From NCBI RefSeq assembly GCF_000150275.1, contig NW_002060949.1:2663836-2727835 (forward strand): a stretch of DNA of 64,000 nt. The letters are read 5' to 3'. Origin of the DNA: Trichoplax adhaerens. Taxonomy: Eukaryota > Animalia > Placozoa. The notes under the pieces were generated by a model, which made no database searches, was not told the DNA's origin, and was given only the letters and a program-made list of their open reading frames with translations. Made by a program: the position numbers and the translations under genes. Of this stretch, positions 51,348-62,481 are shown one piece after another (position 1 is the stretch's first letter; every line of letters starts with the position of its first letter).

Positions 51348-53330
51348 GGCCAGTACACCACCAACTCGACTTGCCGATGTTCTACCGCTATACACGATAT
51401 ACTCGACCAGTGCTGTGTTTAGGGACTACTACTGTACTACTGACGAGTACTGAGTACAGTATAGGAGGCGAAGGAGAAACGAGCGACGAGTTTCTGAGTA
51501 CTATAAGACAGACAGGGAGACGGACTGAATTAGCCTCGGCAAAAACAGTCATAATTGCAATGCCGATTCACTTTGCTGGTCATTGCGGCGATCCACCACA
51601 TCTTGAGTGATACACTAGACTGCAGACTACTTCCTTCCAGTGGTCCGTGACAGGCCAATATACCACCAAGTCGACTTGCCCATGTTCTAACGCTATACAC
51701 GATATACTCGACCAGTGCTGTGTTTAGGGACTACTACTGTACTACTGACAAGTACTGACTAATGACCACTAAGTATAGTAGGCGAAGGAGAAACGAGAGA
51801 CGGGTTTGTCAGTGTATAAGACAGACGGAGAGACGGACTGAATTAGCCTCGGCCAAAACGGTCAAAATTGTAAGGCTGATTCGCTTTGCTGGTCATTGGG
51901 GCGATCCACCATATCTTGAGTGATACACTAGACTGCAGACTACTTCCTTCCAGTGGTCCGTGACAGGCCAATATACCACCAAGTCAACTTGCCCATGTTC
52001 TAACGCTATACACGATATAGTCGACCAGTGCTGTGTTTAGGGACTACTATTGTACTACTGACGAGTACTGAGTACAGTATAGGAGGCGAAGGAGAAACGA
52101 GCGACGAGTTTCTAAGTACTATAAGACAGACAGAGAGACGGGCTGAATTAGCCCCGGCCAAAACGGTCAAAATTGTAAGGCTGATTCGCTTTGCTGGTCA
52201 TTGGGGCGATCCACCATATCTTGAGTGATACACTAGACTGCAGACTACTTCCTTCCAGTGGTCCGTGACAGGCCAATATATCGCCAAGTCGACTTGCCGA
52301 TGTTCTGCCGCTATACAGGATATATTTGATCAGTGTTGTGTTTAGGGACTACTACTATACTACTGACTAGTACTGACTAGTGAACTACTGAGTATAGTAG
52401 GCGAAGGAGAAACGAGCGACGGGTTTGTCAGTAGTATAAGACAGACAGAGAGACGGATTGAATTAGCCCCTGTAAAAACGGTCAAAATTGTAAAGCTGAT
52501 TCGCTTTACTGGTCATTGGGGTGATCCACCACATCTTGAGTGATACACTAGACTACAGACTACTTCCTTCCAGTAGTCCGTGACAGGCCAATATACCACT
52601 AAGTCGACTTGCCGATGTTCTACCGCTATATACGACATACTCGACCAGTGCTGTGTTTAGGGATTACTACTGTACTACTGACAAGTACTGAGTATAGTAG
52701 GCGAAGGAGAAACGAGCGACGGGTTTGTCAGTATATAAGACAGACAGAGAGACGGATTGAATTAGCCCCGGCCAAAACGGTCAAAATTGTAAGGCTGATT
52801 CGCTTTACTGGTCATTGGGGTGATCCACCACATCTTGAGTGATATACTAGACTACAGACTACTTCCTTCCAGTAGTCCGTGACAGGCCAATATACCACTA
52901 AGTCGACTTGCCGATGTTCTACCGCTATATACGACATACTCGACCAGTGCTGTGTTTAGGGACTACTACTGTACTACTGACAAGTGCTGACTAGTGACTA
53001 CTGAGCATAGTAGGCGAAGGAGAAACGAGAGACGGGTTTGTCAGCGTATAAGATAGACAGAGAGACGGACTGAATTAGCCCCGGCCAAAACGGTCAAAAT
53101 TGTAAGGCTGTTTCGCTTTACTGGTCATTGGCGTGATCCACCGCATCTTGAGTGATACACTAGACTATAGACTACTTCCTTCCAGCAGTCCGTGACTGTA
53201 CCACTGATTCAAGAGACGGCTTCCTATGGCTTGGTTGCTTTTTTTACTGGTTATTGGCATTATCCGCCATGTCTTGAGCCGTACACTATACCAACGACCA
53301 CAGTACTTCCTTCCAGTAGTCCGTGGCTGT
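51348..53330. repeat. Tandem array of six ~300-bp relatively GC-rich units plus a degenerate partial seventh
   Basis: Units start (ggcca..) at 51348, 51653, 51966, 52271, 52586 and 52885, with lengths 305, 313, 305, 315, 299 and ~312. A remnant at ~53210-53330 keeps tacttccttccagtagtccgtg. Confidence 0.95.
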
Positions 53331-56300
53331 CCTGCTGGCAAAACGTCTAGAACCGTGTCCACCATTGCCAAAACCATCCTGTTGATGATCAAGTTGTTAT
53401 TATTATGATGATGATGATTGGTAGCAAGATCAAGCAAGATTAACGCTTATGGTATGTTGAAATGATATCATGGAGTTTATTTTATACTGCCTACAATGGA
53501 TTGATGATACAATAGTAGCATAGGAAAGATCAATATCACGATGTGTTTGAAAATTAGCCGTGGGGTAGAGAGTACAGTACTGTGTCCTTTCTTGTCGCCT
53601 TGCAATCCATGGCCAACTTGCAGTTCTTTCCTTCATCCAATTCGTCCATCGTCTTCATATCGATGGAGGAAATGCAGGATACAATATTACTGGCAACAGT
53701 GATTTTGCGTTATACCGTTTTATTCTGCAGATGAGACAGTTAATGACCGTATGATCGAGAGATGTTGTTGGATCATCGTCTGACAACTCTTAAAAGTTGT
53801 TGTGGCTATCGGCTAACAAATAAGAATTGCTTTTCTACCCTAGCGACTAGACCATTGACTATCTTTACTAAGGATATTTTTCTCCATGTCATCAACTAAG
53901 AATGGTAGTGAATAGCAGCAATCGGATCGATAGTTAGCCATGATGACTGATAGACTTTAAAGTATCGTTTGTTTGCTAGCAAAGAAGACTATGCTTCTTT
54001 ATCAAACTGTGATAGCATCAAGTTATCTTGGTACAAGAGGCCAATCGATCGAGCCATCGAAACAGTCCTTCATGTTTCCATGATGGAGAGAGAGTAAATG
54101 ACGACGATAGCATTGTAGATAATCAACCGTGAACTGATTGAGTATCGTAGACAAATTCATGGCTATACAGAGCTAAGATGAAACTATTTCTCCAATATTC
54201 ATTTCCAACCGACAGTCAGAATTTTGACCCCTTCAAGATGGAAGATTTTCCATTATTTCACGCTACTTTTACTTGTGATTGAAAGCTAGTCTATCGATCG
54301 AAAAGATCCATAAACTCGATATCCAGTCACCAATACCATCATAACGTGAAATTTAGACTCTCCTACAGATAAAAAGTGGTTTCCTATTTCCAATCTGTCA
54401 AACTCAGTTAATAGTATAGAGGCTAGTGATGTTGCTTTTACTTTCTAACTTATAAACATCAGGCTGTTCTTTATAATGGTAAAATGACTGCTAACTAGGT
54501 TCATTTAATCCTCATTTTTCTATCCTATATCGCTCATCATGTCCCACAACAAGTGATAGAAATTTTATTTCTTGAATTTAGTCAAGCGGTCAATGCTGAT
54601 CAATCATGCAAAATCGTCTTTTTAAATTATTTTTTTTTCTCTCTCCATAATTCGTATCTATGCAGTACAATGTCTGGCCATTCCACTGTTGACAAAGTAT
54701 TCTCCAAGCAATTGTAGACTTTACTGCAATGGAGAAAATTTTCCATTGCTGATCCTTTCTCAGCTGATTCTACATCATGTTTAGAACGTCTATAGTATTA
54801 TCGATGCAAGAAGCATTGATAGAATTTACATAGTCCACTTTGTACATTACAGTTGGCTACTTCGTCCAGAGTTTCACGGCCAATATGTCAATTTTTTTTT
54901 TTATTTCTGTACATTGCCTAACTGGAAAATGGCTCCCTGATGCGGCGATTGTTCGTTACTCTTGCCTTCATAACTATTACCGTACGCCATCAAATCATGA
55001 TGGCGTATCTTAACTCTATTTTTCATTGGCAACGCCAGATTATCCGTCTATCCTTTAGGCTTGCACTTTTTTTAGATCGTCTATCATGGGCAATTTTGCT
55101 TTAATAACTTCGGAGTACAGTACATTGGATCTTTCGACTACAAATCAAACAGCAATTGTGCCGATAGCTAATCGGCAAAAAAGTATCAACATGCCGATCC
55201 AACGACAAAAACCTACTATATAGGAGAATATGTCCTAGTAAAGTATGGACTAAGTTGTGTACTTGTATTACATGATAACCAATATTTGGCAGAAGGAATT
55301 AGAGGGGAGAGGTGGTTACTTGCAATACTACTGTTTATGTTGCATCGCCACAGGAAAAGATTGCTTACAGTATTTTAGCATCCAAATATTCATTATTTCT
55401 TATTTTTATTATTGTTGTTTGCAGTGTTAGACTCAGTATTGCATTGCTCTGACGATCTCATCTACCAATGATTTGATGGAGTTTAATTTCTGCTCTTTCT
55501 ACATCAACGTAGCCTTCGTTAGAGGAAAAAGTGATACATTGCATGATATCATCCATGCTCTACTTCGTCACATCGTGATAGGTTATTTTATTTTTCATGA
55601 TGTAATCCTAATCTCTATCGCATAAGAGTAAAACATCACTCAGTAGCGAATATTGCTAATTTTATCGTCCAATTCTACCTGAATCCTGTTAACACCACTC
55701 AATCATGGACAATACTCGTAGATAGCTATATCTGTTTTAGTCAGGCGATAATTGCTAATTTTATTATCGAATTGTAACTTTATTCTGTTAACATGACTCA
55801 ATGGTGTTTAGTATATTGCCTATTTGCAAGCATACGCGTACCTCGAAGACCATTTGAATCCAGAAAAAGTCGCTGATTTATACCCATTGGATAGTATCGA
55901 TTGCTGATATCTGTTCTACTCAAAATGACTAGAGGGTGAGGAATGAGCTGCTTGTATTTAAATCTAGTCCTCAACGTCCTAAACCTATCCTTTCCATATT
56001 GCTCAATAAATTTATACTACCCAATGCATCTTGTTGACGTTATTTGACCAGAGTACGCTAGGATTGTTCTAGTCGTCCTTGCAAGTTATATTCCCAAGCT
56101 CATAACCCAGAGGTAATGTTTACTCAGTATGCCCCGTGGTCAAAGGTGTGAAGAGACTTTGTGGCAAGTGTTAACTTTAGAATAGCATCTTAATGAGCTA
56201 TCCTATATCCTTAAATGTAACTTGAACGGGCCGCTTTTATACTTTCTACAGTAGTATTCAAATCGAAATTTATCCATCATTAAAGTCCATTGAAATTGAA

Positions 56301-56910
56301 CCAACGTCTGTCGGCAATTTGCATTCATTTCCACCGATAGACATTTTGATTTTTCTCTTTTGATTTTTTATACCTATCAAAATTTACTGTCCTATACTTT
56401 GAAAACATTTCCATCCTTGATCATCTTTTAGTTTATATAGCACTGTCACTGTCATTTTTAAAAGCCAATCTTGGATTTTCCTTTCCAATTTTATGATCGC
56501 CTATCTAAAAATGATAGATAAACGCTTTCTATTTGAAAATTGCGAACTATTTTAAAGTGATAGTGGTGTCGCTATTTTTTATTTTTTAATTTCCCCCTTA
56601 TAAATTGTGTAGGCAATCCACTTGATAGAAGCATAGCTTGACTATTGACGAACAAGTTCTACTATATACACTTACCTACAGTATGCCACTTTTAAATCTG
56701 CCCTGGAAATTGCTATAATAAAGAAATACTTCTTGGATGAGCTTCTACCGTACTTGATAAAATGGAAGTAGAATACCCGATAAGAATCGATGATCAAGGG
56801 ATTTGCAATCCTTCAAAGTACCCTCGTAGCAATGCCATTTTTTTTCTCCTTACTAGCGATCCCTGTCCTGTTTTATGAATTATTTTAATATCCTAAAGAA
56901 AGACAAACCT

Positions 56911-57114
56911 TTCAACAGTAAATTGTAGTTTCTCATCATCCATTTCTATAATTTGATAGAGCAATCGATAGATCAAATGCTCATTCAAGCGCCTATTGCA
57001 AGCCGCCATAATGTTCAACAGTAAATTATAGTTTCTCATCATCCATTTCTATAATTTGATAGAGCAATCGATAGATCAAATACTCATTCAAACGCCTATT
57101 GCAAGCCGCCATAA
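56911..57114. repeat. Near-perfect tandem duplication, 103-bp period
   Basis: ttcaacagtaaatt.tagtttctcatcatcc..gcctattgcaagccgccataa at 56911 and 57014, with three substitutions. Confidence 0.95.
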
Positions 57115-57524
57115 CCTATAGGTTATGTATTGTGATGGTAATCCATAGAATACCGCATTAACGACAGATATGCTCAACGCTGTGAATTTGTAGTAATTTA
57201 ATTGGAATGGGTTAGTTTATTCACTACACATAGGCGTAGGATATGGAACAAACTTATTTATCGCAGTCCCTTGGACATTCCTTTCAAACGTTATTATAAA
57301 AACTGTCTATAAGCGACTTTATTTCCGCTCACTAGTTTTTAATTATTCTAATTTATTAGCATACGGAGTAAACGCAAATATAGATAGCAAATGATTGCAA
57401 TAACGATAAATAGAAAACGCTACGATCAATTTCAATTGTACTCCATTTCAGTTATAAAAATTAATTAGAGTAGGATATCGATTTTAAAGAAGCTTTAGGT
57501 GAAACCAAGTGATCTTAATATTGT

Positions 57525-57528
<4 letters not shown>

Positions 57529-57558
<30 letters not shown>
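57529..57558. repeat. (TA)15 microsatellite
   Basis: Read directly; lies just upstream of the candidate Eya start codon. Confidence 0.95.
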
Positions 57559-57560
<2 letters not shown>

Positions 57561-57563
57561 AAG

Positions 57564-60517
57564 ATGATGCTCGTAAACTATTACAATCATTAAGAGGTGT
57601 AAACTATACCGTTTCACAAGCTTCTTCAGCGGCTTACCAAAAATAGTGTTATTTTCCTTAATGTATCACTACTTGACAATAAGGAAAAAATACATTTTAC
57701 TTTTTGTCTAAATTATTTTTCAATTAAATCACTTAGGATAAGGGACTTAAAAGAAGAAATGACAATGATAGGTAATATATTGATGATATAATCATGGCTG
57801 TTATTCAGTTTCTGAGTAGAATGCTTTTCTTGCGTATGATAGCCTATCGATTTGTAGTAGAAACCAGTTGTGATGTCAATTGGAACTGTTTACAGTACAG
57901 TATACAAGCAAAAGTTTATAGATAATCTACCATGTATACGACTGTCGTAAGTGTTTTAAACAATAATAATTAAATTAAGTACATTGCAAGAATTTATTGT
58001 CAAGAATAAAATTCTTAGATACCGTAGTCAAGATAAGAGTAATAATAATAATATTATTCTTATTTTATTATTATTTTCTCTAGTGTATCATCTACTGCTA
58101 GTGGCAATCAAAATAATAGATCTGATGGGATAAAAAAGTCTAGACATGACGCACGTAAAAATCATGCAGAAAAAGCAGTTGATTATAAAAGTCGCGAATA
58201 TGATTGGTTGAATATTAAAAATGATGATTGGGCGATCAAGAAATGCTATCAAAATATTACACCAATTCAGTGGAATAGTATGACGACTTTGCCATCAACT
58301 AATAATCATGATAACGATACATATACTTCCTCTATTGCTGCTAACAGTATGTTTTCAGCAAGCAGCAATTGCAGCTGGGGTAAATTTTCTTGGAAAAAGA
58401 CTGATCAAAGTAAAGCAACTTCACAATATAACGTGGATTCTAAAGGTATACAATTTTTACACATCGTCAAATAAATTATTATTATATTGGCTATAATATC
58501 TACGTATGCACTTATTTATTTATTGACACTGTATATATCAATGTTGTAAAGGAATAAAGTTTTTTTTCTCGCATGGACTAGCACGTTCCATACAGGCTTA
58601 TGATCGGTTGCCCACGAATTTAAATTGTGTGGACATGCAAGAGTGGTAGATACAATAGTTAGCACTTTTGTACAACCCTCTAATAGAACTTTTTTAGTCA
58701 TACCCTGTCGTTAGCAAATCTGAGCAACTTTTAGAGCAATTATGCTATAGAATTTTTCGATCTCGGCATAGAATAATTTAATGCCGCTATATTTTTATAC
58801 TGACCATGACGTACTTATGGCGAAAACTTAAACTAGTCCACAATTTTATTATGACAGAACCGAATGAAAAGCAAAAGTATTCCCCTACTCAACCAACTTC
58901 TTCTACACCACCCTCATCGCCAGAAGCAGATAGCAAAAATACAAGTATTAATGGAACAATTGTAAATGATGCAAAGTGTCAGATTGGCAATACGACAAAT
59001 CGCATACTACACTCACCTACTGTTACTAATAAAAAAGTGATTGAAGTAAGTTAGCTATACGATTTACTATCATTTCATTCACAGTAGGATTAGTAGTCTT
59101 AGGGTTAATTTTAATTAAATATAAACCCTATGACAAATAGGTTTGATAAAATGTTGAAAACAAGTTCACTTCTTAAATACTTAGAAAGTTTATATATGGG
59201 ATTTGGATGAAACTATTATCGTGTTTCAATCTTTGTTGAATGGCGATTATGCCAGAAAATTTAGCAAAGTAAGTCATCTATTACTTATAGTGAATCAAGT
59301 TCATGTTCTGTCACTTTGTACAATCTTAAATATCATCAGTTTAACATACGATCTTAATTCTGTATCTTCGCGCTAGGACTATAATCAGGCAATATGCTTG
59401 GGATATAAAATAGAAACTTTAATATTTGATTTGGCTGATTCAAAATTTCATTTTCGTGAACTTGCGGTAAGATTTCCTACTCGTAATTATTATTAATAAA
59501 GTAGGAGTATTAACCATTTACAAGCGAGAAAAAAAATCTTTTCAAATTGGTAGAACGATTTTTATCCTATCATTTTCAGAAAAGTAACAAAACTCACATT
59601 GATGACATTGATTACGGAAAGAAACCAGATAGTGACCAAAAATCTAAGTAAGAAATTATTATGTACCATCATTTCTTACCTTTTTTTATCATTACGGTTC
59701 ATACTGCACCTTATAATTTTACGCAATACAGGGTCGATCATTGGGACAAGTTCTGCTCGTCATTACAACAAGATAAAGTTGCTACCTACTTTAAAGATAT
59801 AAAGGAAATATATGAAAAATATCGCGATAATGTGAAAGGTTGGTGCAGTATTATCGATAGTTTACAGCCTATATAACTAGTTACCTTTCTTACGTATATC
59901 TTCATAGCTCTTATTTTGTTCATACACAGAATTGGTATCTGTGAACTACCATAGTAATTGGGAGTTAGCTCTCAATGAATTACAATCTTTTACGGACAAA
60001 TGGATACATTTAGCAAGGAATTGTATTGATTCTATCAACTCGAGGTAAAATGGCAAAGAAATGAGATGAAGGTAGAAATAAGATAAATATTTCTATTACC
60101 AATTTACAATTTTTGAACTTGATTCCAGATTTAATAGCGTTAACGTTATTGTAACCACAACACAACTGGTACCTGCAGCTGTAAAGTGTTTATTATATTC
60201 CATTGCTGATCTCTTTCCATTAGAGAATATCTATAGTGCAACAGATATTGGTTAGTGCTATGTAACTATAATAACAGTTGATTCTTGCATAATTCATCTT
60301 AGAAATTATCATATTAACGTTATCTTTATATCACTTAGGCAAAGAACAATGCTTTCGTCGGATCATTGAGCGCTATCGTAATTGTCAATATTTTGTTATT
60401 GGAGATGGTAAAGCTGAAGAATCTGCTAGTCGAACTCTTAATCTACCGTTTTGGAATATTTCTTCTCATGACGACTTATTCAAATTAAATGTTGCTTTAA
60501 ATAAAAACACCTTTTAA
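57564..60517 (+). CDS. EYA: Eyes absent (Eya) HAD-family tyrosine phosphatase / transcriptional co-activator; start codon tentative
   Basis: Phase-consistent exons 57737-57771, 58084-58445, 58858-59045, 59185-59268, 59377-59466, 59580-59647, 59732-59838, 59930-60044, 60129-60250, 60339-60517. Eya domain: [97 protein letters not shown]. The N-terminal part is S/T/N/P-rich. ATG ATG CTC|gtaaac at 57564 is only a candidate first exon. Confidence 0.9.
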
Positions 60518-62481
60518 TTTGCAGCTCATTTTATTAATCATTCCATTGAACTATATTGTACAATTTTCGCTACATACCCGAATTTTATATATCAAATGTA
60601 CCACGCTATGAAAATTGCAGTTGCTGCGAATTAGGTGCTTGGTTCTGTTGATTTACGATGTAATATATAATACATATATTTATATATTTCGTATCGCTAT
60701 ACCATGTTATGACATATCTACACTAATCTACGCAATTCCATGATGAAGAATTTTCTGTTATGTAAATTTTCGTTGTTCAGGCAATTAGTTCCATACTTAC
60801 TTTAAGTGAGACCTGGAATTACGTAGTCTGTACAATATTAACAGTTACATTTATACAGTATTAGCTTACTCCTACGGGATTAATAGCTGTTTAAAATATA
60901 TATTTTAACTTGATGCAGCACTCATTGGTGTACTGCAATGAGAGTCCACGTGACTTGATTAAATGTAGCTAGATTAAATTTGAATGACGAATTCTTATAT
61001 GAATTATTCAGACCCTTATTTATTTTACACATGTCAATACGTTAGATAACATATATCTACACCTACCCCTTATTTTCTTCATGAGATATAAACACCGTAA
61101 ATTGACTACGTTCTAAATTGCAACGGAATTTTAGATTCATTCTTCATAATCTCTAATAATTACTTCCACCCAAAAGAATAGGAAAAAGACTCCTTCTCTG
61201 TAGTAGATAGGAATGCAACCAGTATTAGTCAGGCATCCTTCGTCATAATCTAAGTTTAGTAAAGTAATTACAGCTTACCAAATCGCAAAATACTCGTATT
61301 ACTTCCTATTCCAAAGTAAAATTATTTTTAGGGTTATACTTAATGTTTAATTGGCAATCTACTCGATTAATAAAGTTATATTCACTCATTATGTTACTTT
61401 TGATCTTTTACAAGTTCTAGAATAGTCTGTGCCGTATAAATAACCTACCTACTGTAGTACTAGTAAAGGTGTAACTTTTTCAAATTACTAGCATTACAAG
61501 AAATACCATAGAATAATATCAGATTTCCGCATCATTATTTTGAGTAAAGGAAATTTCTTACGGGAATAGCTAATAAAGGATAGATTTTATTTATTTTTTG
61601 GGTACGTTAACACTCAGTCCGTCGAGGATTGCTTATGAAAAATCTTATTTTTGCTATTATTACAACTGAACTCGTATCCGTATATCTAAAAACACTATAC
61701 TCTGCAATTTGCGTAGATTGGTACTGTTCCATGAAAATTATGATATCATGATATCATTGCTTAGCAGATAGAGATATGAAAAGTTGGAGAAGTTATGATC
61801 CGTAATATAGCTAACTATTCTAATTAAAAGTGACTTAGCTTGGTGTAGAATTTAATGGAGAATTCTAATACGGTGTAATGCTGTAGTAAATTAACTTAAA
61901 ATAAGATATAATTCCAGATAAGAAACCAAACACATAGTAGAAACATAACAATATAAAGTATAATAATACTAGTTAATAATATTGTTAACAAGCTAAAACT
62001 ATCAACTTGAAATAAAACAAATCAATCTTACTTTCTATAGCTCTTCAGCTAGTGCTATGATACCAGCCCAGAAAATGACAAACTATTTTTGATTCTTTTA
62101 AATTAACTTAATTCATTTATAATAGAATTACTTGCATGCTAAAATCATTTTTGTTCGTACATTAACTAATATTTCTTTCAGCTACCGTACAGTTGAATTA
62201 TACAGATATCATAAAGCAGAACAGATACATTAGATTATAACCACAACATTTAAACCTACATACAATTTAACGTAAATATTATAATTCAATTTTGGTAACG
62301 ATAAAGAGATTGAAATCATGCTTGCATGATTGATATCAGATTATTTCACTTGTGCACTTATAAAATATCTTTTATAAATTGGCTATAGGTTAATACACAT
62401 AGGCAATATTATTGATTTGAAAAAAATTCTCAGATGGCCATTATGAGAGTAGGTTATAAAAGTATATATATCGAGATTGCT

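Noticed and set aside
51440-51500. Hammerhead ribozyme core (CTGACGAG..GAAAC) in array units 1 and 3
   Set aside because: The hairpin after CUGACGA is followed by AGUA rather than GAAA, no stem I closes around a GUH site, and the other units read CTGACAAG or CTGACTAG.
51348-53196. Array as a 5S rRNA, tRNA, snRNA or CRISPR locus
   Set aside because: Only a faint ggcca.taccac resemblance to the 5S 5' end. I see no internal promoter boxes, cloverleaf or Sm site. Whole units repeat with no unique spacers, and there are no cas genes.
51201-53437. ORFs within and around the array (e.g. 51332-51610, 52028-52228, 52609-52842)
   Set aside because: Frames shift between units through indels that are not multiples of three, and no domain is recognisable.
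53331-56910. Possible transposon relic or extra gene between the array and Eya
   Set aside because: I found no long ORF, transposase or reverse transcriptase motif, or terminal repeats. Upstream Eya exons cannot be excluded.
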